From: Octopus sinensis
Lineage: Eukaryota
DNA: 64,000 nt
Direction of reading: 5' to 3'
Assembly (NCBI RefSeq): GCF_006345805.1
Contig: NC_043000.1
Span: 80,352,001-80,416,000, forward strand
Below the pieces are notes generated by a model. The model was not told the origin of the DNA and ran no database searches. It saw only the letters and a list, made by a program, of their open reading frames with translations. The position numbers and the translations under genes were made by a program. The first letter of the stretch is position 1, and every line of letters starts with the position of its first letter. Positions 24,850 through 39,116 of the stretch are shown here, piece by piece.

Positions 24850-26530
24850 ACATCATCATCATCATCATCATGCATCATTTTGAATGCAGATTTTGTCCCC
24901 ATTAACAGGGGTGGCTACCTCAATGCCATAGCAACCACCCTCACATTATCTTTCCCAGTTTTTGGCATCCTCCCTTCTCAAGTCATCCCTCCCAATCTTC
25001 TTTTCCACCTGTCCTCTTCACATTTTCCTTGGCCTACCTTGCTTTCGCTGTCCATTTACCTCAAACTCTCGCACCCTCTTCAGAAAATGCTTCTCATCCC
25101 TCTTAAACACATGCCCATACCACTGTAATCCATTCGCCCTTGCTAGCCATTCCACTGATTCCTCCAACCCCAGCATCCCTATCAAGTCCTCAGTCCTCTT
25201 ATCAAACAGCCTCATGCCACATATTTCTCTTACCATTGCTCTCTCAGTCCTTCTCAAATTTGCCATCTCTCTCTCTCTCTCAAACACCATGTCTCACTCC
25301 CATACAGCATTGCAGCTCTCACACAACTCCTATAGACCTTACCTTTCGTCTTCAATGAGAACCTTTTCCCATATAATAATGCTCTACAGTCCCTGTCACA
25401 GCTGCTTCACATCCACCACTTACATCCACCCTATCTCCCAAATAACAAAACCCTCTCACTGTCTCTATCTCATCACATTGTGTTTCCACTGACTTCACCA
25501 ACCTTCCACCTCTTTTCTCACATCTTCCACAAACTCTCTTGCCAGTCTTGGGGTCACCTTCATTTTCGTACATCTACCATGAATCCATTTTCCACATTTC
25601 ATACACAACACTGCATTTGCCATTACCTTCTTCCTACATACACCACATGCATTTACCTTACTCACTAACACTCCTCCTTCCACCCCAATCACCATCACCT
25701 TTGTCTTCCCGAGGGTTACCATCAAACCCTTGCTTTCAAACACCTCCTTCCATTTCCAGAACTTCTCCCTCAATCCCTCTATCATCTCACTCATCAGAAC
25801 AAGGTCATCTGCATACAGTATCTCCATTAGCAGTCTCTCTCTTGCACTCTCTGTCACCACATAACCACTATTGCAAACAACAAAGGTAACAACACAGATC
25901 CCTGAGGCACACCAATTTTCACAGCAAACTCTTCTGACAGTTCTGATCTAATTTTCACTCATACAAACTCATTACTGCTCTCACTATTACCTCTAGTAAA
26001 CCTCTCTTCCTCAATGCCTACTCAATCACCTTCCTTGGAACTCTATCAAATGCCTTCTCCAGATCAACAAAGCACATGTACAACTCCTATCCCTTATCTC
26101 AGTATTTCTCCTGCAATCTCCTTACAATGAACACTGCATCTATTGTCCCCCTTCCTGGCATAAAATAAAATTGCATCTCATCCACATCCACTCCTTTCAA
26201 AATTCTCCTCTCCAACACCCTTTCCACTATCTCCATTGCATGCTCCAATAACTTCACTCGTTTATATGCCCTACAACTCATCACATCCCCTTTCCCCTTG
26301 AAAATTGGTACCTCCACACTTAGTGTCCAGTCATCTGGCATTCCTCTTCCATCCAACACACTCTGACAGAGCTCCATCATCACAACAATCCCTATCTCTC
26401 CACCCACCTCATGCATCTTCCTCCCTAAACATCGCTTCCATCATTTTTCATTGATTTAATAAACGTAAACACCTCTCTTCAGCCTCCTTCCTCATAGATC
26501 TTGCAACCACCCTCTTTGCACGATTCTTCA
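24850..26530 (-). mobile_element. RTE-clade LINE, RT and 3' end
   Basis: VPIFKGKGDVMSC...FMPGRGTIDAVFIVRRLQEKY, ILYADDLVL, QWYGHV, GRPRK; (CAT)n tail at 24852-24875. Confidence 0.85.
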
Positions 26531-26749
26531 TGTTATTATACTTATGCCATAACAGACGTCATTTTTATTTTTATTGTCTTTGGTCAAGTAAGTGTTATTT
26601 CTTATTTGCTTCTATCTATAAATCAAAGGAAATTACTATTATTCCCTTCAAACTTTGCTTTTGTAACCTGGATATAAATACATTGAAACTGACCTATTTT
26701 CCATTACATTTCAGACAGATTCAGCACTGAGTTGCTGAAACAGAAAAAT

Positions 26750-28345
26750 CATCATCATCATCACTATCATCATCGTTTAACATCCACTTTCCATGCTAGC
26801 ATGGGTTGGATGGTTCAACTGGGGTCTGGGAAGCCAGAAAGCTGCGCCAGGCCCAGTCTGATCTAGCAGTGTTTCTACAGCTGGATGCCCTTTCTAACGC
26901 CAACCACTCCGTGAGTGTAGTTGGTGCTTTTTACGTGTCACCGACACAGGTGCCAGAGGAGGCTGGCAAACGGCCACGAACGGATGGTGCTTTTTATGTG
27001 CCACCGGCACGGGGGCCAGTCGGGGCGGCGCTGGCAACGGCCACGTTCGGATGGTTCTCTTACGTGCCACCAGCACAGGTATTGCAGCTATAATTTCCAT
27101 TGATGCTGATCGATTTCGATTTTCGCTTGCCTCAACAGGTCTTCACAAGTAGAGTTTTGTGTCACAAGAAGGAAAGGTATGCATAAGTCGACTGGCTACA
27201 TCCCAGGTAGAGGCCACGGGTTATGGTCTCACTTGTCCTGCCGGGTCTTCCCACGCACAGCATACTTCCAAAAGTCTCAGTCTCTGGTCATTTCCTCAGT
27301 GAGACCTAAAGTTCAATGGTCGTGCTTCACCACCTTGTCCCAGGTTTTCCTAGGTCTACCTCTTCCCCAGGTTCCATCAACCGCTAGGGTGTGGCACTTT
27401 TTCACACAGCTATCTTCATCCATTCTCATTACATGACCATACCAGCGCAAACGTCTCTCTTGCACACCACAACTGATGCTTCTTAGGTCCAACTTTTCTC
27501 TCAAGGTACTTACACTCTGTCAAGTATGAACACTAACATTACACATCCATCGGAGCATACTGGCTTCATTTCTTGTGAGTTTACACATATCCTCAGCAGT
27601 CACGGCCCATGTTTCACTGCCATGTAGCATGGCTGTTCATATTCATGCGTCATACAGTCTGCCTTTTATTCTGATCGAGAGGCCTTTTGTCACTAGTAGA
27701 TGTAAGAGCTCTCTGAACTTTGCCCAGGCTATTCTTACTCTAGCAGTTACACTTTCAGCACATCCGCCCCCGCTACTATCACCAATTTCTAGTTTTTCTC
27801 CCTGGAATGTGGCGGAAGTTGGTCTCTGCACATTATCAGTGTTTATTGCTCCTGAGCATCTGCCACATACAAAGACTATCTTCCTAGTTAGCCTTCCTTT
27901 GACATTGGCTGCACCTCTTATGTGTCCATAGCTTACACTTGGAGCACCTAATAGAGTTTCTACCTACGCCTTTTCTACAGATCGAGCAGGGCTATCTACC
28001 TGAAGACATTTGTGATTTGCCTGCCTTCCTACATATTAGGACTTTGGTTTTAGCTAGGTTGATTTTAAGGCCCTTCAATTCTAATCCTTGTCTCCACACT
28101 TGAAACTTCGCCTCTAGTTCTGATAGTGACTCAGCAATTAGAGCAAGGTCATCAGCATATAGGAGCTCCCAGGGGCATCCTGTCTTGAATTCCTCCGTTG
28201 TTGCCTGGAGGACTATGATAAATAGGCGGGGGCTGAGGACTGAACCTTGGTGGATCCCTACGTCTACCCTGAATTCTTCAGTGTACTCGTTGCCAACCCT
28301 CACCTTACATACAGGGCATCTGTACATGGCTTGCACGGCTCTCAC
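26750..28345 (-). mobile_element. RTE-clade LINE 3' half with VNTR-bearing 3' UTR
   Basis: GIHQGSVLSP, LLYADDLALI, RLRWYGHVMRM, GRGRPRKTW; (CAT)n tail at 26750-26775. Confidence 0.88.
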
Positions 28346-29049
28346 TAACCATTCAAGCTCTCACTAACCGTTCATGTTAGCAAATATTCTTCTCAATACT
28401 ACAGGTTTGCTTGTCAGTTGCTTGACCTTAACCATTTGAACATATTCCTTAGTAGCTAACAATATGTGTATCTCTAATCATGAGCAGGAATAGTGGGGGA
28501 GCATCACAGCCATATGTTGAGAGGGATTCTTTGCGGTTTTAATAAATGTAACAAAAGCAAAGTTTGAAGGAAATATTAGCCATTTTTTATACTTTCTAAG
28601 GGTATGCAAATAAGAAATAATAGTTGCTATCCAAGGACAAAAATCGTCTTACACAGTGTTATATATGTATATCATCATTGTCATCGTCGTCATCGTCATC
28701 ATCATCATAATCATTTAATCATGCTAATATGTGTTAGATGGTTTGACAGGATCCAACAAACCAGAGGACTGTGTTGCACTTTGATGTCTGCTATGGCGTA
28801 GTTTCTATGGCTGGATGCACTTCTTAATGCCAAACACTTTACAGGGTGTTCTGGGTGCGTTTTTGTGTGATGCTGACCTTTTGTGAAGCCAACAAGTAAC
28901 TTGCAAGACAAAGAAAAGACTCTTAACTGAATGGGATTGTTGTAGAGGGGGAGGTAATTTTATGTCATGTGATGAGAAGCAAAAGCACAATAGAGGGACA
29001 GACACAGTGTCTTTCTATAGAAGAGATGCAGGTTACCTTGAATTATATA

Positions 29050-29760
29050 AGGGTGAGTAAGAGCAGCTGAAAAGAAGGCAATGATGGTGGTGATAAAGTG
29101 ACACAAAAAGGCGAGTATAAGAGAGAACACGAAGAATTAGGAAGGATGATATTATTAAAGTGTGTGGGGAGTGACAGTAGGTTAGAGATGGGTAAGGTGG
29201 ATGTAGTAAATGGCACTAGGGTGTGGTCAGTGGTAAAACTCTGTATGGCAGAGGAAAGGTGAAAAATAAGAGAGGGTCATGAAGAAGAAAGTGATAAGAG
29301 GCAGTAGAGGAATGGAGAACAGCAGAGTATAACAAGCCTGTAGGTTGATCAAAAAATAAGTAGATGATGTATGGAGAGGGAGAATGGGCTATGAGTGAGC
29401 GAGAGACACAGAGAGCAGGAGGGAGAGAGAGAGAGAAAGAGATTTACAATCACAGAAATGAATGTGAGAGGTATGAAGAGATGTCTATAATGAGTGGGAG
29501 ACAAAGTGGAGAAGACTGTCAACAGATATGCTAGGATGGTGAAAATGACAGCAGATAAAGAGGTGGGGAGGTAGCTCGTTGCACAAAGAAAGATGAGATA
29601 TGTCTACATTCTGCTCTCATAATTATAGCAGCTGGATAGTACCATAGTTCAAAGAATGGAAGGATGAGTGTTAAGATGGGTGGTGGAAAAAGTTTGATTG
29701 GGACAGACCCTGTGCAGGAGCAAGAGCAATTAAGTGTATAAACATAATTCTAGTACCTCA
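29050..29760 (-). mobile_element. Highly decayed LINE (CR1/Jockey-like) 3' remnant
   Basis: Weak minus-strand remnant ILPFFEYG-like motif; pyrimidine-rich on the minus strand. Confidence 0.3.
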
Positions 29761-29769
29761 GTTTTGTTG

Positions 29770-30160
29770 AGACAGACAGGTCTTCTTGAGCACAGTAATT
29801 TGCCAGTCATCTTGGACCTTTGTCATCTTCTCCATGAAGTTCAACATCTTGAGATCAACCTTCACTAATTCATTCATATCTTACTGGGTCTCTTTTTTCC
29901 ACAAGTTCCATCCACATTTAGAGATCAGCACTTCCTTATACAACCGTTCCCATCCATACATACGCTTGGCCATACCAGTACAGTCTTTTCTCTTGCACTC
30001 TGTATCTGATTCTTCTTACGTTTTTTCTCAATACATTTGCACTTAATTGTGCAAGCAAACTGGTGCTGCACATCCACTGGAGCATAGTAACTTCATTCCT
30101 TTCTAGTCTTTACATGTTTTATGCATTTAAGGTCCATGTCTCACTACCATGTAGCCAGGG
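29770..30160 (-). mobile_element. RTE 3' fragment
   Basis: Homologous to 27290-27620. Confidence 0.7.
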
Positions 30161-30979
30161 CAAGTTTTCAGCCACTTAGACAGATTTGTTCAAATTGGGT
30201 TCTGCATCATGAGAGGGCCCTGTGCATATACTTGGTTGGAAGATGCTGTGTTGAATTATGCATTTCCTAATGATTTTATTGCTTTGAGGATTTACTTAAC
30301 AATACCCAAAACGGTTGATTCAGGTGGGAAACATTTTTCAAAACTAAAACTGATTAAAACATACCTACAGTAAACAATTTTGCAAGAGAGACACAATAAT
30401 TTGGCAATGCTATCTATAGAAAATAACATTATAAAGCCATTCACTTTCAAATGATTTTGAAAGATTTCTCAGATAAAAGAAAAACCCCAGAAAAGTGTGT
30501 TTTTAGAAGGCTTATTCACATACAGTATATCAGTAATTATCTTGACTTGTAATAAAACATTAAAACTTTCATATGAGCTTTCACTTTTTAGTATATCATT
30601 GTGGCTAATGGTGCAGCCTCAATCACTCAATGCTTTTTTGGATGGGACTGGTGTACTACATGATGCATAAAACATCAATCTTTAGCTTTTATAGAGTAGA
30701 GGGCTCCACTGATAATTCGCTAATTGGGTCCTGCACATCATAGCTCCAGCCTTGCATGTAACATTAGTTTTCACAAAAGCATCATACAATCAGCTTTTCA
30801 TTTTGAGTGAAAGACCGTTTATTACCAAAAGAAATAATAACTCACCATTTTTTTCGTCCTGTTCTTATTCAAAAAATTATATTCAGAACATTCTTTTCAA
30901 CTGCTAATTAGATCATCTAAGTGACAGAAACTATCTACTATGTCTGGGGAACCTTCTAAGTATTCAAGAAAATCTATTT

Positions 30980-31230
30980 CTCATGTGTATTTCATGTTTA
31001 TTGTTCCTACATATCTGCCATATATAAAGTTTACATTCTCTATTAACCTTGTGTGTCCGTAGCTTGTACTGAGGGTACAATATGGACTGAGAACTGAGTC
31101 CTGGTGAACTCTTACCTCCACACTAAATTCATTGTTATACATATAATTAACTCTCACCTTTCTAATAGCACTCTTGTACATTGCTTGTATAGCTATCAAA
31201 CCATTCATCCACACCAAACTTTATCAAGCA
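30980..31230 (-). mobile_element. RTE RT fragment
   Basis: AMYKSAIRKVRV...VRVHQDSVLSP. Confidence 0.65.
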
Positions 31231-31514
31231 CCATTGGATAATAGAGTGAGGAACTCTGTCTAAGACAAGTACAGAGGCTTAATTTAATCAAAATGCTTCT
31301 CAGGCAGTTGTCTTACAAACCAAACTGTATCTCATCTAATCTAATCCTCCTGATGATAGTAGATCCTGATGGAGCAAGGACATCCCAATCTTTATGTCCT
31401 TCATTTCTTTATCTATCATACTGCTGCCAATGGGGATAGCATTCCTTCTGTAGGGTCTATGTTGGGAAGACCCTATTTCTCTCCTGTATCGCACACATAT
31501 ATATAGAGAGATGC

Positions 31515-32510
31515 ACACAGGTCAGTGTTCATACTCGACAGAGTGTAAGTACCTTGAGAGAAAAGCTGGACCTAAGAAGCATCAGATGTGGTGTGCAAGA
31601 GAGACGTTTGCACTGGTATGGTCATGTGGTGAGAATGGATGAAGATAGTTGTGTGAAAAAGTGCCACACCCTAGTGGTTGAGGGAACCTGTGGAAGAGGT
31701 AGACCTAGGAAAACCTGGGACGAGGTGGTGAAGCACCTTTGAACTTTAGGTCTCTCTGAGGAGATGACTAGAGACCGAGACCTATGGAAGTATGCTGTGC
31801 GTGAGAAGACTCGGCAGGACTAGTGAGACCATTACCCGTGGCCTCTACCTGGGATGTAGCCAGTCGACTTATGCATACCTTTCCTTCTTGTGACACAAAA
31901 CTCCACTTGTGAAGACCCGTTGAGGCAAGTGGAAATCGGAAATCAAAATCAAAATCAAATGAAATCAAATTAAATCAGAAATCAGAACCAAAATCGAAGT
32001 CGATCAACATCAATGGAAATTGCAGCTGCGATACCAGTGCCGGTGACATGTAAGTGTACCATCCGATAGTGGCCATGGCCAGCGCCGCCCCGATTGGCCT
32101 CCGTGTCGGTGGCACATAAAAAGCACCATCCGATCGTGGCCGTTGTCAGCCTTGCCTGGTCCCCATGCTGGTGGCACGTAAAAAGCACCACCTGACCATG
32201 TCCGTTGCCAGCGCCGCCCCGACTGGCCTTCGTGCCGGTGGCACGTAAAAAGCACCATCCGATTGTGGCTGCTGCCAGCCTTGGCTGGGCCCCGTGCCGG
32301 TGGCACGTAAAAAGCACCATCCGTCCGTGGCCGTTTGCCAGCCCCGTCTAGCACCTGTGCGGGTGGCACGTAAAAAGCACCCACTACACTCATGGAGTGG
32401 TTGGCATTAGGAAGGGCATCCAGCCGTAGAAACACTGCCAGATCAGACTGGGCCTGGTGCAGCCTTCTGGCTTCCCAGACCCCAGTTGAACCGTCCAACC
32501 CATGCTAGCA
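31515..32510 (+). mobile_element. RTE 3' end with the longest VNTR copy and (GAT)n tail
   Basis: RRLHWYGHVVRMDEDSCVKKC...GRGRPRKTW; VNTR at 32035-32385. Confidence 0.88.
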
Positions 32511-32559
32511 TGGAAAGCGGACACTAAATGATGATGTTGATGATGATGATGTGTGTATA

Positions 32560-32805
32560 CTGTTGTATCTGTGGAAAGTCATTCTCTTTTGGTGCCTTAT
32601 AATTTAACACACTTATTGGTAAAATTTCCACTCATTTACTTATTTATTTTTCTAAAATTTTCATTGTGTCTTGCAACCTTTTCAAACTTTGCAAAACACA
32701 ATGAAAATTTTAGAAAAATAAATAAGTAAATGAGTGGAAATTTTACCAGTGAGTGTGTTAAATTATAAGGCACTAAAAGAGACAGACTCTCCCCAGATAC
32801 AACTG
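32560..32805. mobile_element. Palindromic MITE (Tc1/mariner-like ends)
   Basis: C(T)GTTGTATCTG ... CAGATACAACTG; the whole ~245 bp is self-complementary. Confidence 0.8.
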
Positions 32806-32979
32806 AATATGATTCAACACATGAACTCAATAAAAAATCTTGCAAACCAAATCCAAAATCGAAATATGTGTGTGCGTATCTGTGTGTGTGTGTGTGTGTG
32901 TGTAAGTGTGTGTGTGTATATATAATGCATGTATGTATGTATGTATAAGCATATATGTATCTATATATCTATATATCAG

Positions 32980-33225
32980 TGGAGGCGCGTGGCTTAGTGG
33001 TTAGGGTGTCAGCACCATGATCGTAAAATTGTGGTTTCGATTCCTGAATCGGGTGACGCATTGTGTTCTTGGGCAAAACATTTCATTTCACATTGCTCCA
33101 GTCTATTCAGCTGGCAAAAATGAGTAATGCTGTGATGGGCTGGCGTCCCATCCAGCTGGGAAACACATACATCATAGAAACCAGGAAACTGGGCCCATGA
33201 GCCTGGCTAGGCTTTAAAAGGGTGC
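32980..33225 (+). mobile_element. tRNA-derived SINE family D
   Basis: A box TGGCTTAGTGG, B box GGTTTCGATTCC; 3' tail shared with the 18400 element. Confidence 0.75.
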
Positions 33226-33254
33226 ATTCATTATTTTTTTAATTTATATATCTA

Positions 33255-33650
33255 TATTCTTTTATTTGTTTCTGTCATTTGACTGTGGCCATCCTGGAAC
33301 ACCACTTTAAAGGATTTTAGTCGAAAAAATCAGCCCTAGGACTTAATATTTAAGCCTAGTACTTATTCTATTGGTTGCTTTTGCCAAACCACTAAGTTAC
33401 AGGGACATAAACACACCACACCAGTTGTCAAGTGGTGATGGGGTGACAAATACAGACATACAGACACACATACATATATATATATACAATGAGCTTCTTT
33501 CAGTTTCCATCTACCAAATCTACTCAGAAGGCTTTGGTCGACCCAAGTAGAAGACACTTGCTTAAAGTGCTATGCAGTGGGACTGAACCTGAAGCCACGT
33601 GGTTGGAAAGCAAGCTTCTTATGACACAGCCATGCCTGTGCTTATCCACA
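33255..33650 (-). mobile_element. Family A tRNA-SINE
   Basis: Complete reverse-complement copy. Confidence 0.75.
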
Positions 33651-34601
33651 CAGCCACACCTGCACCTAGATATATATGTATACTCACATACACACACATG
33701 CACGGTGGTATTTTTGACCAATATAGACTGAACAATAGGAGGATGTAGTTATATTAAATGAGATCTTCGCAATAACATCAACACAACTATAGCATTGAGA
33801 TACATTTGAGCCACCATCCTGAGTTGTTAAAAAAACACCAAGAAGTAAAGATTATTCCAGTCAGTTTTTGAAACATCAATGAAGTTCATGTAAAACTTAG
33901 TCTGGTCGATGGTTTATAGTAATTTCATGATATATTACATACCTCAGAGTTGAAGTAGCAGATCAGTCAGCTAACGCATTACTGGAAAGTAATCTACCAT
34001 TCACTTTTTCATGCTTGCATTGTTCAGATAGAAGTTGTTGAGGCATATTTTTCTAAGGATGGATGGAGACTCTTCCTGTCACCAACCCTTACTTGTTTCC
34101 AAGATAAATTAGATTGAGAAAATACAGTCAATAATAATGCATTAAAAATAATTAAGACGTCATTGGAAATTATGAACTTCTGTAGCATGCACAAACACAC
34201 ACACATACCATACATAGAATATGCAGATAAAACACAAGTAGCAAATATCTAAAATACATATTACCCATATGTAACATAATTTATGTAATGTATTTTATAG
34301 AACACATCTTACACACATTTGACACTCATGCAATAAACATAAAGTACATCTTTTATTTTTCATTTTTAACTTGTTTCAGCCTTTGAACTGCAGCCACGTT
34401 GGGAATCCATCTTGAAGTGATTTTAGTCAAACAAATCAACTCTAGTAATTGTATATTGAAGTCTACCCATTCTATCAGTCTCTTTTGCCAAATTGTAAAG
34501 CTACTGAGATATAAACAAATGAACACTGGTTGCCAAGTGATATAAAAAGACAAACACTGACACAGACACACATGCAAAGATGTGTGTGTGTGTGTATTTA
34601 A

Positions 34602-34854
34602 AGAAGGTTGTTGTGTAAGGTTGGGACAATGCGAGAAGGTACAAAGTAAACAACAAAAGGAAAGCATATAGAACAATGTTGCTGTTTTACCTTGTACCTT
34701 TATATTCCAAGGAGAAGACTCCTTCAGAAAATTTGGAATGGTTTATCTAAATATAGAAACATAAGGTAAAATTGCAACTTTGTTCTGTTTTCTTTCCTTT
34801 TGTTGTTTACTTTGTACCTTCTCACATTCTTCCAGCCTTACACAACAACCTTCT
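34602..34854. mobile_element. MITE with TTAA target duplication and AG...CT termini (Kolobok-like)
   Basis: TTAA|AGAAGGTTGTTGTGTAAGG ... CCTTACACAACAACCTTCT|TTAA; TIRs of about 80 bp. Confidence 0.7.
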
Positions 34855-34906
34855 TTAAAGTTATGCCTCACAATACTTCACTAAAGCTACCTCATTTATA
34901 TATATA

Positions 34907-35301
34907 CTAGCAGTATCGCCCGGCGTTGCTCGGGTTGTAAGGGAAATAACTATATAAGCATTTTTAGAGAGTTATAGCCAAAAAATAGCAAAAAAATGCA
35001 TTAAAAATTGAAAAAAAATTAAGGTAAATTTTTTTTTAAATCGTTGACACATCGTAGATATTTTTAGAGAGTTACTTCCCTTATATAAAAGCGAAAAAAA
35101 TGCATTAAAATGGAAAAATATGATGGTAAATTTTTTTTAAATCGTAGACTCATCGTAGACGCGCGCTAATACCCAGAAGGGCTCGATATGAATCACGACT
35201 ATAAGATACCCGCTTTTGGTTAAACTGCACCGCAAAATGTGGGAGTAGTTAGGAATCTAAATCGTAGGAGACAGACACACAACTTCACTCTTATATAAAG
35301 A
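34907..35301 (-). mobile_element. Non-autonomous Helitron
   Basis: Minus strand: A|TC 5' end, CCCG-AGCAACGC-CGGG subterminal hairpin, CTAG|T 3' end. Confidence 0.85.
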
Positions 35302-36239
35302 TGCTTTTATTTTTCAGTCATAGAGTTAGATTTATGAAGGTCTTCAGTAGAAAATCCTTGGAATTCTGACTCGCTGCTTGATATAATGAAATTCGTATCC
35401 ATTTTTTGTCAGAATTACAAATTTTGAAAACACAATAGGAACAAATTTCGGAAAAAAATCTCCCAAAATTCACGGAATTAAAATTACACTTCGATTTTTG
35501 TACAAAACTGTATTTGAAGTGTTTACGAAGTATAATACGTGTTTTCACGAATGTACTAAAGAGATTTACTCTGATATTCTCATTTAAATATGAATAGGTA
35601 AATTCGGGTGGTTTGGTAACGAAAGGGTTAAACGGATGCATACATTTATTAATAACTATATATAAGTGTCGTCTGTTTATACATAAACACTGTTTCATAC
35701 TGCAATTATATATACATATATCTATATATAATAAAATATATACAGAGTAAAATAAAAACCAATTTACCTTTACTGTATTGTTATAGCAATTCCACCGTCC
35801 GTGTGTCTTTGCAAATGTGTTGGAATGATAAGTGAGTTGTGTTTTGGCGCCTTTTTTACTAATAACAAACACACACGTGTTTGTATGTAGTTGTTTGAAA
35901 CGTTTGTGTTTGCCACTCTCATTTATGTATGTGTATGCGTGTGTGTGAGGAATGACACACACACACTCACGCACGCACACATGTACATCAATGCTTTCGG
36001 AGTGAAATGTTAAAATATTGAGTTTTCACGAATTTTGTCTTAATTGGTGGTAAAATTGAAAGAAATTTTTTATGGCATCACCCACTGGAAGTACTCTGAA
36101 AAATCATGGGTACACTCTAATTGAAGAAATTGTGTGAGGAGTAAATCGTTATGTATTTATTTGTTTCTGTTTGCAGTTTTTTTTTTAGTAGTGGTTTAAG
36201 GTACACTTCTCTCGTTTTATCGAATTAGTTTCATTTTAA

Positions 36240-36553
36240 TCGCTGCAAACTTGCAAAGAGAAAGTCGTAGAAATGAGTGATAGCGTGAGTGAATGAGATC
36301 ACTCCCTTTTTGTGTGTGTGTGTGTGCGAGTGCTGTAGCCCACATTAAGAGAAGCATTTGACTCATACACCACAATGTGAGTTTTCTCTAAATTTTGCTT
36401 AATTGGGGTTGAAATTTTAAAAACTGAACCTGGCATGACCCGATGCATTCTACTCTTAAAAATGCTAGGTAAATTGTTATTGAAGAAATCCTATATTGTA
36501 GATTTCTATAAGTGACAAAGGGAGGCAGATAAAATCTGCCTTTTATAATAAGA
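36240..36553 (-). mobile_element. 5' part of a second non-autonomous Helitron family
   Basis: 5' TCTTATTATAAAAGGCAGATTTTATCTGCC; second copy at about 38200-38463. Confidence 0.6.
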
Positions 36554-36946
36554 CTAGCAGTATCGCCCGGCGTTGCTCGGGTTTGTAAGGGAAATAATTA
36601 TATAAGCATTTTAGAGATGTAAAGTATAATAGCCATCTCAATATGGCTAACCACAAAGGGGGAGGGGTGTTACTGTAGCTTTTTACGTTCTGAGATTTAA
36701 TAATAAATTTTAGAGAGTTACTTCCCTTATATATGTCAAAAATGGATTAAAAATGGGAAAAATTGATGGTAATTTTTTTTTAAATCGTAGACTCATCGTA
36801 GACGCGCGCTAATACCCAGACGGTCTCGATATGAATCACGACTATAAGATACCCGGTTTTGGTTAAACTGCACCGCAAAATGTGGGAGTAGTTAGGAATC
36901 TAAATCGTAGGAGACAGACACACAACCTCACTTTTATATATAAAGA
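36554..36946 (-). mobile_element. Non-autonomous Helitron (same family as 34907-35301)
   Basis: TC 5' end, 3' hairpin and CTAG. Confidence 0.85.
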
Positions 36947-37711
36947 TTTCCTCTATTTACATAATATTGAAGTCTCTTTCTTTCTTTTGTTATCTTACTG
37001 TTTTTACCAATATACATATATATATATATATATAAATATATATATAGTTACAGAGATGTTATTGCATAGCAAGTGACTTGATCTGAGATCGTGTGCTGGA
37101 ACGAAAACAGTTGCAGCGTTGAAGGTGTTTATAAGCCATTTAAGAAACACACAAAACCGTTAGATTCACTTCAACATTTAAATTTAATTTGTCAAAATAT
37201 TTTCGTCGCTTTGAGACTGCGACCTGTTAGCACGATATTTTTGTCAGTGAACTGGTCGCGGTCTCAAACCGACGAAAATATTTTGGCAAATTAAATTTAA
37301 ATGTTGAAGTGAATGTAACGGTTTTTGTGTGTTTCTTAAATGGCTTACAAACACCTTCCACGCTGCAATATATATATACACACATATATATATATGTATG
37401 TATGTATGTGTGTATATGTGTATGCATGTATGTGTGTGTGTGTGCGTGTCTGTGCTTGTGATTGTCCTCCACCACTGCTTGACAACGAATGTTGGTTTGT
37501 TCACATCCCTGTCACCTAGTGGTTTGACAAAGGAAACAGATAGAATAAGTACAATGCTTACAAAAATAAAACTGGAGTTGATTCATTAAACTACAATTCT
37601 TCAAGGCATTGCCCCAGCATGGCCACAGACCAATGGCTGGAAAAAGCAGAAGAATAAAAGAATACATGTTCAAGGCATGAGAAAGCTTGAGTTTACATGA
37701 GAAGGCCTAAC

Positions 37712-37980
37712 AGACCTGGTAGAAACAGCAGCCAAATCTCCCTCAAATCACACCTTACTGTCTTATGTATGTATATATATATGAGCCAATGAGGGGGACC
37801 TCTACATGGTAGCTAGACCTGGTAGAAATAGCAGCCAAATTTCCCCCAAATCACACCTTACTGTCTTATCTATGTATATATGTATGTATGAGCCTATGAG
37901 GGAGACCCCTACATGGCAGCTACACATGGTAGAAATAGCAGCCAAATCTCCCTCAAATCACACCTTACTGTCTTATCTTT
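37712..37980 (+). repeat. Three tandem ~100 bp units (TGGTAGAAA(C/T)AGCAGCCAAAT...CACACCTTACTGTCTTAT)
   Basis: Direct alignment by eye. Confidence 0.8.
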
Positions 37981-38048
37981 CTGCTACTTGGATATAGGTC
38001 TTATATTCGTCGTAAAAAACTTTCCTGTCACACGCACACGCACACGCA

Positions 38049-38083
<35 letters not shown>

Positions 38084-38465
38084 TCACACACACGCACGTT
38101 AGCTTACAATTTTATTTATATATTTGCGTGTCCATGTGTGGAAAGAGGAAGTGGGAGGCAGAGTGAAAGAATCACTCACTACAGTAAGTGAATTACTTTC
38201 ATTTTATTCGTTGCCCACTGTGTGTGTGCGTTTGCGTGTGCTGTAAACCAGACTAAGAAAAGCATTTGACACACACACCAGAATGTGAGTTTTCTGTAAA
38301 TTTTGCTTAATTGGAGTTTAAATTTTAAAAACTGGACCTGGCATGACGCGATGCATTGTACTCTTAAAAATGATAGGTAAATTGTAATTGAAGAAATCCT
38401 ATATTGTAGATTTGTATAACTCCCAAAGGGAGGCAGATAAAATCTGCCTTTTATAATAAGAGATA

Positions 38466-39116
<651 letters not shown>

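Noticed and set aside
32035-32385. CRISPR-like repeat/spacer appearance
   Set aside because: Eukaryotic context, no cas genes, and the linkers are themselves repeated (A/B alternation) within an RTE 3' UTR.
35318-35980. 220-aa minus-strand ORF
   Set aside because: Starts in a (TG)n repeat, crosses a transposon end and has no recognisable domain; it lies within repeat-derived DNA.
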